A stretch of 64,000 bases of DNA from Planctomycetota bacterium (GTDB lineage: Bacteria > Planctomycetota > UBA8108 > SXIK01): assembly GCA_965223265.1 (NCBI GenBank), contig OZ244999.1:3680001-3744000 (forward strand), read 5' to 3'. The notes under the pieces are model-generated. The model searched no databases. It saw only the letters and a list, made by a program, of their open reading frames with translations, and was not told the DNA's origin. Both the position numbers and the translations under genes were made by a program. Shown piece by piece: positions 28,497 to 37,855 of the stretch. Every line of letters starts with the position of its first letter. The stretch's first letter is position 1.

Positions 28497-29282
28497 ATGA
28501 CCGACCTCAAACGCCGTCTCGAAGTCGGCATCGCGGCCGCCACCGAGGCTGGCCGCGTGACACAACGTTACTTTCAAACGGAAATCGAAGTCGAATTGAA
28601 GGGCGACCGCTCGCCGGTGACCATCGCCGATCGCGAGGCCGAGTCGCTTTTGATCGACCGCCTGCGCGCGGCCTTCCCCGACGACTCGATACTGGGCGAG
28701 GAACACGGCGAGCAGCCAGGCACGTCGGGCTACCAGTGGATTCTGGATCCGATCGACGGCACCAAGTCATTCGTTCAAGGCGTGCCGCTCTACGGCGTCA
28801 TGGTGGGGCTCCTCGACCCGACGCGCGAGCCGGTATTGGGTGTAGTCGTGCTGCCAGGACTCGACGAAGTCGTCGCCGCGGCGCGCGGCCATGGCTGCCA
28901 CTGGAACGGTCGCGGAGCGCGCGTCTCCGAAGTGGACGAGTTGGACCAGGCCTGCCTCGTGTTCACCGACTTAGTCGGCTTCGACATGACAGCACGAAGA
29001 GAGGCCTTCGATCGCGTGCGCCAGCGCGTACGGGTCGTGCGAGGGTGGGGGGACTGTTACGGCCACATCTTGGTGGCGACGGGACGCGCGGAGGTCATGC
29101 TTGACCCGATTCTGTCGGTCTGGGACTGTGCTGCATTGCCGCCGATCTTGGCGGAAGCCGGAGGGCACTTCACGGACTGGCACGGTCGCACGACGGTCGA
29201 CGGGGAAAGCGGCATTTCAACCAACGCCCACCTCAACGCTGAAGTTCTCAAGCTGGTTCGGGAGCCGGCATCGGACCTATGA
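28497..29282 (+). CDS. hisN: Histidinol-phosphatase, inositol monophosphatase family
   Basis: KGDRSPVTIADRE, ILGEEHG, WILDPIDGTKSF, RGWGDCYG, WDCAAL. Confidence 0.82.
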   Translation: MTDLKRRLEVGIAAATEAGRVTQRYFQTEIEVELKGDRSPVTIADREAESLLIDRLRAAFPDDSILGEEHGEQPGTSGYQWILDPIDGTKSFVQGVPLYGVMVGLLDPTREPVLGVVVLPGLDEVVAAARGHGCHWNGRGARVSEVDELDQACLVFTDLVGFDMTARREAFDRVRQRVRVVRGWGDCYGHILVATGRAEVMLDPILSVWDCAALPPILAEAGGHFTDWHGRTTVDGESGISTNAHLNAEVLKLVREPASDL

Positions 29283-30574
29283 GCGGCTGGGATGCGGTGG
29301 CGCTGGTGGTCGCAGTTTTTTGGCTCGGGCTTCTCGCGAATCGCGGGCGCTCTTGGCCGCGTGAGCTCCGTCTACCGTCTCCAATCCCCAACAAGGCGAC
29401 TGAAACGATCGTGGAGACAACGACCGGCCCGGCAGCTCCGGGGCCTTCCTCACCGCAAGTAGCGGTGATCATCCCGGCACGCAATGAAGCGGACCAACTG
29501 CCGGATTCGCTGCCGCCGCTCTTGGGTCAAACGCAACACCTCGCCCAAGTCGTCTTGGTCGACGACAACTCGACCGATGGTACGGCCGCAACTGCGCAGC
29601 GCGTGGCTGCGTCGGTTGCAGGCGGTAAGGACAAGCTCAGGGTCGTCAAAGCACCGCCGCCCGCTGAGGGCTGGACCGGAAAGCTCCACGCGCTGCAATG
29701 CGGTTTGCTCGCCCTTGAAAGCCCGCCCACTCAGCCAGCGCCTCAGCGTCCCGACGAGACACTGCCGCAACCACTCGCAGGTAATCAGCACGACGAGAAA
29801 TCGTCTTCGAAACGAGACGCCTGGCTGCTTTTCACCGACGCCGACATCCTGCATCCCTCTGACTCGCTCGCACGCCTTCTCGAACAAGCTCGGCGCGGTG
29901 ACTATGACCTTGTTTCGGTGATGGTCCGCCTCCGCGCACAGACGTTTTGGGAGAAGGTATTGATCCCGCCGTTTGTCTATTTCTTCCAGCTCATGTATCC
30001 ATTTCGCAGCGTGGCCAACCCGCAATCACGCGTCGCTGCCGCGGCCGGCGGATGTATTCTGCTGCGTCGATCGGTCCTCGAAAGCAGCGGCGGGCTCGAA
30101 GCGATGAAGTCGGCCCTCATCGACGACGTTACCCTGGCACGCCGGATCAAGGACGCTGGGGGACGCTGTTGGCTCGGGCTTGAATCCGAGATGACTTCGC
30201 TCCGTGGCTACGATCGCCTCGGAGACATCGTCGACATGGTGGCGCGCACAGCGTTTACAGAGCTGCGCTATCGATACAGCGCGGTCATCGCCTGCTGGAC
30301 TATCCTCGGCCTCTTTTTCGTCGGCCCGCCGCTGCTGGCTCTGCTGGCAGCTCTTGCTGTCGCACCGTGGGCGGTTTTCCTAACGCTGTCCGCCTGGTGC
30401 ATCCAAGCCATCTCGCTGCGCCCGGTCGTGGCGCACCACGGCGTCGGCTCGTGGTTCAGCTTCACGCTGCCTCTCGCGTCGTTTCTCTACGCCTGCATGA
30501 CGACGATTTCGGCGTGGCGCCACTGGCGCGGCCGCGGCGTTCGCTGGCGAGACCGCATCCAGGCAACGAGTTAA
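29279..30574 (+). CDS. hpnB: Hopanoid-associated glycosyltransferase family 2 (HpnB-like)
   Basis: IIPARNEAD, GWTGKLHAL, LFTDADI, FFQLMYPF, AAAAGGCILL, ALIDDVTLA, MVARTAFTEL. Confidence 0.85.
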   Translation: MSGWDAVALVVAVFWLGLLANRGRSWPRELRLPSPIPNKATETIVETTTGPAAPGPSSPQVAVIIPARNEADQLPDSLPPLLGQTQHLAQVVLVDDNSTDGTAATAQRVAASVAGGKDKLRVVKAPPPAEGWTGKLHALQCGLLALESPPTQPAPQRPDETLPQPLAGNQHDEKSSSKRDAWLLFTDADILHPSDSLARLLEQARRGDYDLVSVMVRLRAQTFWEKVLIPPFVYFFQLMYPFRSVANPQSRVAAAAGGCILLRRSVLESSGGLEAMKSALIDDVTLARRIKDAGGRCWLGLESEMTSLRGYDRLGDIVDMVARTAFTELRYRYSAVIACWTILGLFFVGPPLLALLAALAVAPWAVFLTLSAWCIQAISLRPVVAHHGVGSWFSFTLPLASFLYACMTTISAWRHWRGRGVRWRDRIQATS

Positions 30575-30737
30575 CAGCCTGTTGAAAAAGCGCTTCGAGC
30601 TGAAAACTGGTCGCTTCGCGTCCAGATCAGCCGCGGCGAACGCAGGTAATCTCCGAGATTCTCGAGGCTCGCCGCGGCTGATCTGGGCGTGAAGAGGCCG
30701 GTTTCTCAGCCGAATGACTTTTTCAACGGGCTGTTAA
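30571..30737. mobile_element. Non-autonomous palindromic MITE/REP-like element
   Basis: TTAA-CAGCCTGTTGAAAAAG...CTTTTTCAACGGGCTG-TTAA terminal IRs and a long internal hairpin (CCAGATCAGCCGCGGCGA / TCGCCGCGGCTGATCTGG); related copy at 12508-12608. Confidence 0.75.
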
Positions 30738-30800
30738 CTGAACTAGCAGCGCCAGGTATTCATTTCGAAGCCCCGAGCGCGACGAACCATGGCCGAGGCG

Positions 30801-31307
30801 TCAATCGCGCGCATTCCTGGAGTTGTTTTCCGCCTCCACCTGGCGCTGGCAGTCGACGCACAGTGCCGCGAATGGCAAAAACTCGAGCCGAGCGACCGCA
30901 ATCGGTTGGTCGCACGCCTCGCACACTCCATAGTTTCCGTGCTGGATCTTGTCGAGAGCTACATCGATCTGCTCGAGCGTGCTCGCGCTGAGATCAACCA
31001 AGGCGCAAACGGAGTCCATGTCGGCGCCGTCCGCGGACATCTCCTCGAGGTCGGCGAGGTGGTGGCGCTCATCCGAACGCAGCGCGTCCAATTGATTCGC
31101 CTGCTGTTGCTCAATACTGCGGCGACGTTCGAGCAAGCTGACTCGAATGCTCTCGATGGCAGCCGTATCGAAGCTGTCGCTACGCGGACGACTCGGATCA
31201 TCGTCGCCGCCTGCAGCTCCATTTCGTGAGGGACTCACCGTGTTGTCGGTTGCGATCTTGCCCGAAACACGGCGATCGCCGCCTGTACTTTGCGAATCTG
31301 GCGTCAT
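30801..31307 (-). CDS. TraR/DksA C4 zinc-finger protein
   Basis: Coiled coil followed by ALDKIQHGNYGVCEACDQPIAVARLEFLPFAALCVDCQ. Confidence 0.88.
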   Translation of the reverse strand: MTPDSQSTGGDRRVSGKIATDNTVSPSRNGAAGGDDDPSRPRSDSFDTAAIESIRVSLLERRRSIEQQQANQLDALRSDERHHLADLEEMSADGADMDSVCALVDLSASTLEQIDVALDKIQHGNYGVCEACDQPIAVARLEFLPFAALCVDCQRQVEAENNSRNARD

Positions 31308-31400
31308 GCTTGCTTTCTATCTCGAGACGACGTGGAATTCGACTGTGACGCGGGTCGTCACCTTCAAAACGCGGAGCTGCGGCGGACGCGCTGAATACAT

Positions 31401-31471
31401 TCTGAAGTTGCAGTCTCTGAAGTTGCAGTCTCTGAAGTTGCAGTCGCTGAAGTCGTCGCTGAAGTTGCAGT
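31401..31471. repeat. Tandem repeat TCTGAAGTTGCAGTC x3 plus two degenerate units
   Basis: Units at 31401, 31416 and 31431, then GCTGAAGTCGTC and GCTGAAGTTGCAGT. Confidence 0.85.
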
Positions 31472-31682
31472 GAGTCGCAAACGGTAGAACGCTGACTCGC
31501 AACGATCAACTCTGCATTCTGCTCCAGGACTCAACAATTCTCGTTACGTTGATGAGGTTACCACTTGGGTCTTGATTCTGCACTCAGGTTCTTCTGACAA
31601 TCCGGACATCCGCGAATGTCCACCAATCGAATCACGATGACCGTCAAAACGCGCCGGCAAGCGCTGAAAAACGACGACTGTT

Positions 31683-31707
31683 TGGCTGCCAAGAAAGGAC
31701 TCGAACC
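31683..31707 (-). other. Isolated tRNA 3'-end-like fragment (possible att remnant)
   Basis: Minus strand GGTTCGAGTCC-TTT-CTTGGCA-G-CCA has exact T-loop-to-CCA spacing; no matching 5' tRNA half. Confidence 0.4.
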
Positions 31708-31986
31708 GTGAAGATTCGGATGGTCTCAGCCTCGATGTCGTAGGCTTACGGCCACAGATCCCCGCGAATGCAGCCTTGACTCTGATTTTCCCTGGTGACA
31801 AGGATCGAGCTTCGATTCGCAGGATGGCTCTGATCGTTATCGGGTTGAGATCCCGGCCTGCCGTCGCTAGGCGAGAAAAATGGATGCAGAGACGATTGAC
31901 AACCCGCTCCTTCGCACGGGCCCGCAGCAGCTGCCGCGGTTTCGAGTTACCATGACCATCGCAGCAGACCTGACAGACGCTATCGG

Positions 31987-33969
31987 ATGAATCGCCGCGC
32001 CTCCAAAGAAGCCATTTTTGTTGTTGAATCAGCTGACGCGCCGCTCGCCGCACGCATGCGTCCGCGGGATCTCAGTGAGTTCGTCGGTCAAGAGCATATC
32101 CTTGGCGAGGGGCGCCTGCTGCGACGAGCTATTCAAGCCGATCAACTCGGTTCGCTCATTTTCTCTGGCCCACCCGGGTCCGGGAAGACGACGCTCGCCC
32201 AGGTGATCGCCCAGACCACTCGCGCGGAGTTCGTAACGATGAACGCGGTCTTCGCTGGCGTCAAAGATATCCGCGCGGCGGTCGAACAAGCTCGCCAGCA
32301 CCGCGCCGCGAGCGCAGAAGTAGACGCAGACGCCGCCTCGAACGATTCGGGTACTCGGAGTGTAGCCAACAAGACGATTCTGTTTGTCGACGAAGTCCAT
32401 CGTTTCAACAAATCCCAGCAAGACGCACTGCTACCGCACGTCGAGAACGGCACGCTGACATTCATCGGAGCGACAACTGAAAACCCGTATTTCGAAGTCA
32501 TCAAAGCCCTCGTCAGTCGCTCCCGCGTGTTCGAGCTCAAGCCACTGACGGACGAAGACGTCGTGAAGATCCTCAGCACCGCCGTGGATGACGTCGAGCG
32601 TGGCCTTGGCACACAGGACATACATCTGGAAGACGAGGCGGCGGAGCATCTGGCGAAGATCGCACAGGGCGACGCGCGTAACGCTCTGAACGCGCTCGAG
32701 CTCGCGGCCAAAACGACGGCACCCGACGACGCAGGTCGCGTGACGATTGACCTCGCGGTCGCGGCCGAATCCATCCAGCGACGGGCACTGCTCTACGACA
32801 AAGATGGCGACGCTCACTACGACACGATCAGCGCCTTCATCAAGAGTCTGCGCGGCTCCGACCCCGACGCTGCGCTCTACTGGATGGCGCGCATGATTCA
32901 AGCCGGCGAGGATCCGCGCTTTGTCGCCCGGCGGATGGTCATCTTCGCCAGCGAAGATGTCGGTCTGGCGGACCCCTTGGCGCTCCAGGTCGCAACGGCG
33001 GCCGCACACGCCGTGGAATATGTCGGCTTGCCGGAGTGCCAGTTCAACCTGACGCAAGCTTGCCTGCATTTGGCGCTCGCACCTAAGTCAAATAGTACTC
33101 TCGGCTACTTCGCAGCGCTCAAGCATCTCTCCGAGGGCGCTCCGGACGCAGTGCCAAACCACTTGAAGGATCCGAGCCGCGATAAGAAGGGGCTCGGACA
33201 CGGCGCTGGCTACAAATACCCGCATGCCTTTCGCGAGCACTGGACCACGCAGCAGTATCTGCCTGACGGCATGCAAGGAGCGTCGTTCTACACTCCCGGC
33301 TGGCTCGGGTTCGAACGACAACTCGCCGCCGCGCACCGTGAACGCGCCGGCCGGCAAGAGCGCGCGCTTCTCGATTTCGAACACAGTCGCAAAGAACGCT
33401 CCCGAATCGACGCCTTTCGGACCCGGCTCGAAGACGACTACGGCGAACGCGCTGTGACGCTGCGCGACGAGGTGCTGCGCCTCGTCGGTCTCGATAGAGT
33501 CAAACGCGCCTTGGTGGTCGGACGTCCACGCCTCCTCAGCCAAGGCATTCTCTGCGAACAACCGATGGTAAAGATTTGTGCCGCGTATTCCGATGAAAGG
33601 GAGGCCCGCACGGAGTTAGCGGAACTGAAGAAGTGGTCGCTCGATCGCCTCGTGCACGCCTGGGTTGCGTCGCTGGGGGACCTGCCGGTCGCCGACGCGC
33701 TGTTCGAAGCCGCCGTGATCTGGCGCACCATCGCTCAGACCGCCTCTCCGGCTGCTTTCGTCGCTGAGATCTGGCGCGTCCTCCGCCCTGGGGGCGAAGT
33801 TGCTATCGGCGAACGCGCCGAAGAGAAGTCGGACGTCGAAAATCACCTACGGCGGGCCGGGTTCGCGCAGATAGAATCATCGATCAAGGGCGGAGCCGTT
33901 TTGGTTTGGGCAAAGAAGACGGAGAGCGAGGCCGCCGGCGCCGACCTTTTCGAGCGTTCGATAGAGTGA
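31987..33969 (+). CDS. rarA: Replication-associated recombination protein A (RarA/MgsA) with C-terminal methyltransferase-like extension
   Basis: APLAARMRP, GPPGSGKTTLA, LFVDEVHRFNKSQQDALL, HYDTISAFIKSLRGSDPDAA, YKYPH; tail ends EIWRVLRPGG...LRRAGF. Confidence 0.9.
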   Translation: MNRRASKEAIFVVESADAPLAARMRPRDLSEFVGQEHILGEGRLLRRAIQADQLGSLIFSGPPGSGKTTLAQVIAQTTRAEFVTMNAVFAGVKDIRAAVEQARQHRAASAEVDADAASNDSGTRSVANKTILFVDEVHRFNKSQQDALLPHVENGTLTFIGATTENPYFEVIKALVSRSRVFELKPLTDEDVVKILSTAVDDVERGLGTQDIHLEDEAAEHLAKIAQGDARNALNALELAAKTTAPDDAGRVTIDLAVAAESIQRRALLYDKDGDAHYDTISAFIKSLRGSDPDAALYWMARMIQAGEDPRFVARRMVIFASEDVGLADPLALQVATAAAHAVEYVGLPECQFNLTQACLHLALAPKSNSTLGYFAALKHLSEGAPDAVPNHLKDPSRDKKGLGHGAGYKYPHAFREHWTTQQYLPDGMQGASFYTPGWLGFERQLAAAHRERAGRQERALLDFEHSRKERSRIDAFRTRLEDDYGERAVTLRDEVLRLVGLDRVKRALVVGRPRLLSQGILCEQPMVKICAAYSDEREARTELAELKKWSLDRLVHAWVASLGDLPVADALFEAAVIWRTIAQTASPAAFVAEIWRVLRPGGEVAIGERAEEKSDVENHLRRAGFAQIESSIKGGAVLVWAKKTESEAAGADLFERSIE

Positions 33970-33982
33970 CGGGAGAAGTCGG

Positions 33983-36367
33983 ATGATCAAGAAAGCTGCA
34001 GTGATCGGAGCTGGGACAATGGGCGCCGGGATCGCCGCGCAACTCGCAAACGCGGGAGTGCCTTGTCTCCTGCTGGACATCGTGCCACCGGACCTTTCAG
34101 GCGCCGACGCAAACGCTCCGGCGACCCGTTCGCGCTTCGCCATCGAGGCGATCCAGCGCATGGCGAAGGGCCGACCCGCTGGGTTCATGGACCCAGCCGA
34201 CGCAACACTTGTGACGCCTGGCAACATCGACGACGACCTCGCCAAGATCAAAGACTGTGATTGGATCGTCGAGGCGGTGACCGAACGTCTCGACGTGAAA
34301 CGCAGTCTCTACGAAAAGATCGCCAGCTGCCGCAGTCCAAAGAGCATCGTCTCGTCGAACACCTCCGGACTTTCGCTGAGCCTTCTCACCGAAGGACTCG
34401 ACGATAGTTTTCGCCGCAACTTTCTGATCACGCATTTCTTCAACCCGCCACGCTACATGTATCTCCTCGAGATCGTCCCCGGCCCAGAGACGAGTCCGGA
34501 GGCCCTCGATCGCATCGAAACGTTCTGCGACGTTCGCCTTGGCAAAGGTCTGGTGCGTTGTAAGGACACAGTGAATTTCATCGCCAATCGAATCGGCGTC
34601 TACGTCATGGGCATCGGCGCGCAGCTCATGGTGGAAGAAGGCCTCAACATCGAGGAAGTCGACGCGATCACCGGACCGGCGCTGGGAAGACCTAAGACGG
34701 CCTCGTTCCGCCTGCAGGACCTCGTCGGCATCGATGTCTCCGTGATGGTGATGGAGAACGCGCAAAAGCTGCTGCCGGATGACGAAAGCTTGGCAAAGTT
34801 TTCACCGCCAGAACTCCTCACACGCCTCGTGAAAGAAGGCCGCTTGGGCCGCAAGAGTGGCGAGGGGTTCTACAAGAAAGTTGGCAAGGAGATCCACGTT
34901 CTCGATCTGGAGACGTTCGAATACCGCGCGCCGCGCGAGGTTCAGTTCTCCAGTCTCGAAGCAGCGCGCAAAGCCGGTGGCGCGGCCGAACGCATCAAGA
35001 CGCTGATCTCGGGCGACGACGCGGCCGCCCGCTATGCTTGGCGCCTGCTCGCTGAAACCCTCCTCTATTCCGGTCGGCGCATTCCCGAAATCTCCGATGA
35101 TATTGTCAGCGTCGATCGCGCACTGCGCTGGGGTTTCAGCTGGGATCTCGGACCTTTCGAGGTTTGGGACGCGATCGGTGTCAAAGAATCGACTGCGCGC
35201 ATGAAAGCCGACGGAGACGAGATTCCCACCGCCGTCCAGACGCTGCTTGACTCGGGCCACGACAGTTTCTACGGCTATCTGGAAGAAGGCGGTGGCAAGC
35301 GACGCGCCTACTTTGACCTCCCGAGTAAGTCGTACCAGGTCATCACACCGCGCCCGGGCGTACTTCTTCTCGACGACGTCCGTGAGCGTACGCGACCACT
35401 CCACACGACCTCGGATGCGAGCGTTTGGGATCTCGGCGATCGTGTCCTCGGAGTCGAGTTCCACTCGAAAATGAATGCCATCTCCGGCGAGACCCTCGAG
35501 ACGATCGAGCGCGCCATTGACACCGCGGAGGAGGGTGAGTGGGCCGGCGTAGTCGTCGGTAACCAAGCCGCGCACTTCTCGGTCGGAGCCAACCTGAAGA
35601 AAGTCTCACAAGCGCTCGACGAGAAAAAGTGGGAAGACGTCGAAGCGATGATTCGACGCTTTCATGCCACTGTCCTTCGTATGCGCTACGCTGCTAAACC
35701 GGTCGTTGTCGCCGCGCAAGGCATGGCGCTCGGCGGCGGTTGCGAGATCATCCTTGCCGGTTGTCGTGCCCAAGTCGCCGCCGAGAGCTACATCGGCCTC
35801 GTCGAGCTTGGAGTCGGCTTGATTCCCGGTGGGGGTGGTACGCGCGAGCTCGCCTGTCGCGCCCACGAAAGGACGCCAGCGAGCGCTTCGACGGTGCTGT
35901 TCCCGTTCGTCAAGGAGTACTTCGAGACGGTCGCTCAGGCGACGACGTCCGGCAGCGCGGCCCAGGCGCGCGCGCTCGGGTTTCTGCAGCCGCAAGACGG
36001 CGTCAGCATGAACAAGGATCGCGTCCTCGCGGACGCTAAGGCCAACGTTCTCCTCCTCGCAGCGGCAGGCTACCAGCCACCTCGGCGTCGAACAAACGTG
36101 CGCGTCGCAGGCCTCACTGGTTGGGCGGAGTTGAAAGTGCTGCTCCGCCAATATCAAGCGGGTGGGTTCATCAGCGACTATGATGCTCATCTGGGAAGAC
36201 AGTTCGGTTATGCCCTCTGTGGTGGCGACGTCGACCCAGGCTCGACTGTCACTGAAGAGTATCTCCTTGGTCTGGAGCGTGAGGTGTTCATGAGCCTCCT
36301 GGGCGAGGAAAAGACCCGCGCCCGAATCGAGCACACGCTGCGCACTGGTAAACCGCTGCGCAACTAG
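33983..36367 (+). CDS. 3-hydroxyacyl-CoA dehydrogenase / enoyl-CoA hydratase (FadN-like)
   Basis: VIGAGTMGAGIA, SSNTSGL, HFFNPPRYM; C-terminal crotonase FSVGANL, ALGGGCE, GLVELGVGLIPGGGG, TGKPLRN. Confidence 0.92.
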   Translation: MIKKAAVIGAGTMGAGIAAQLANAGVPCLLLDIVPPDLSGADANAPATRSRFAIEAIQRMAKGRPAGFMDPADATLVTPGNIDDDLAKIKDCDWIVEAVTERLDVKRSLYEKIASCRSPKSIVSSNTSGLSLSLLTEGLDDSFRRNFLITHFFNPPRYMYLLEIVPGPETSPEALDRIETFCDVRLGKGLVRCKDTVNFIANRIGVYVMGIGAQLMVEEGLNIEEVDAITGPALGRPKTASFRLQDLVGIDVSVMVMENAQKLLPDDESLAKFSPPELLTRLVKEGRLGRKSGEGFYKKVGKEIHVLDLETFEYRAPREVQFSSLEAARKAGGAAERIKTLISGDDAAARYAWRLLAETLLYSGRRIPEISDDIVSVDRALRWGFSWDLGPFEVWDAIGVKESTARMKADGDEIPTAVQTLLDSGHDSFYGYLEEGGGKRRAYFDLPSKSYQVITPRPGVLLLDDVRERTRPLHTTSDASVWDLGDRVLGVEFHSKMNAISGETLETIERAIDTAEEGEWAGVVVGNQAAHFSVGANLKKVSQALDEKKWEDVEAMIRRFHATVLRMRYAAKPVVVAAQGMALGGGCEIILAGCRAQVAAESYIGLVELGVGLIPGGGGTRELACRAHERTPASASTVLFPFVKEYFETVAQATTSGSAAQARALGFLQPQDGVSMNKDRVLADAKANVLLLAAAGYQPPRRRTNVRVAGLTGWAELKVLLRQYQAGGFISDYDAHLGRQFGYALCGGDVDPGSTVTEEYLLGLEREVFMSLLGEEKTRARIEHTLRTGKPLRN

Positions 36368-36429
36368 GACACACCGATGCCAAGAGCTCAGGATGCATCA
36401 GCGATAGAAAAACACTCGGAGAAAGAGTC

Positions 36430-37608
36430 ATGAAAGAGGCTGTGATCGTCAGCGGAGCCCGTACACCACTCGGCAAAGGGCGCAAGGGAAGCCTACGCAC
36501 GGTTCGACCGGACGACCTAGCCGCGGCGACGATTCGCGCCGCGCTCGAGCGCACTCCAGGTCTCAAGGCCGACGAGATCGAAGACGTGATCATGGGCTGC
36601 GCCATTCCCGAGCAAGAGCAAGGCATGAACGTCGCGCGCATCGCCAGCCTGAAAGCAGGGCTACCGGTGACCGTGCCGGCAGTGACCGTCAATCGATTCT
36701 GCGCCTCCGGACTGCAGACGATCGCCATGGCCGCCGAAGCGATTCAGTGCGGTCGCGCCGACGTCATCGTTGCCGGCGGCACCGAAAGCATGAGCCTGAT
36801 TGGCATGTTCTCGCGGGCCTACCCGAATCCAGAATTCGCCGAGACGAATCCTGACGTCTACCTAGGCATGGGACTGACGGCAGAAAACCTCGCTCAGAAG
36901 TACGGCATCTCCCGCGAAGCATCGGATCAGTTTTCACTCGAGAGCCATCAAAAGGCATCGAAAGCGATCGCCGACGGGAAATTCGCCGGCGAGATCGTCC
37001 CGATCGAGGTCGAACATCGTCGACCGAAGCCTGGCGGCGGCATTGACGTTGGCTCGGTATCGATTGACACGGACGAATGCCCTCGACCTGACACGTCGCT
37101 CGAAGGCTTGAGCAAACTGCGGCCCGTGTTTCACAGCCGCGGCACGGTGACGGCGGGAAACGCCTCACAAATGAGTGACGGCGCCGCCGCCGTCGTCGTC
37201 ATGTCGAAAGAGCGTGCCGACAGCATGGGGCTGAAGCCACTGGTGACATTCCGCAGCTTCGCGGTGGCTGGCGTTGAGCCAGAGATCATGGGCATCGGTC
37301 CCGTCAAGGCTGTGCCAAAAGCCCTGGAAAGTGCGGGACTCAAACTCGATGACATCGACCTGATCGAACTCAATGAAGCTTTCGCGGTGCAGGCGCTGAG
37401 TGTCATGCAAGAGCTCGAGTTGCCAGCAGAGAAGGTGAATGTCAATGGCGGCGCGGTCGCGCTCGGCCACCCACTCGGCTGCACAGGTGCGCGGCTGAGT
37501 CTGTCGGCTTTTCATGAGCTCGAGCGACAAAAGAAGCGTTTCGCGCTCGTCACGATGTGTATCGGCGGCGGCATGGGCGCCGCGGGGATCTTCGAGCGAG
37601 CCTCGTGA
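36430..37608 (+). CDS. fadA: Acetyl-CoA C-acyltransferase (3-ketoacyl-CoA thiolase)
   Basis: NRFCASGLQ, ELNEAFA, GHPLGCTG, TMCIGGGMG. Confidence 0.93.
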   Translation: MKEAVIVSGARTPLGKGRKGSLRTVRPDDLAAATIRAALERTPGLKADEIEDVIMGCAIPEQEQGMNVARIASLKAGLPVTVPAVTVNRFCASGLQTIAMAAEAIQCGRADVIVAGGTESMSLIGMFSRAYPNPEFAETNPDVYLGMGLTAENLAQKYGISREASDQFSLESHQKASKAIADGKFAGEIVPIEVEHRRPKPGGGIDVGSVSIDTDECPRPDTSLEGLSKLRPVFHSRGTVTAGNASQMSDGAAAVVVMSKERADSMGLKPLVTFRSFAVAGVEPEIMGIGPVKAVPKALESAGLKLDDIDLIELNEAFAVQALSVMQELELPAEKVNVNGGAVALGHPLGCTGARLSLSAFHELERQKKRFALVTMCIGGGMGAAGIFERAS

Positions 37609-37855
37609 GGCCCGTGCGTTCGCTGGAATTCTTGGCCCTTGGTTCGACGCGGTCGATCCGACCCAACATGGTTCCGCGCGGCGTACTCCACAACGATCAC
37701 GACGACGAGTGAGCCCGTGGTTTTCTGGCGCTCTTTTTCTGCGACGGTGAGGTAGAATCGTCACCGCCAAACACGAACGACAGCCGCGGGCGACGTGAAG
37801 GTCTCGCCAACCGGCGGCGAATGCATCTTCGAGCGCGAATTAGACGCCAGACGCC

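Noticed and set aside
31683-31760. Complete tRNA gene
   Set aside because: Only the T-loop-to-CCA part fits; there is no D-arm, anticodon arm or complementary 5' acceptor strand.
31544-32053. 169-aa minus-strand ORF between dksA and rarA
   Set aside because: Arg/Ser-rich, no motifs, overlaps the rarA start; probably non-coding.
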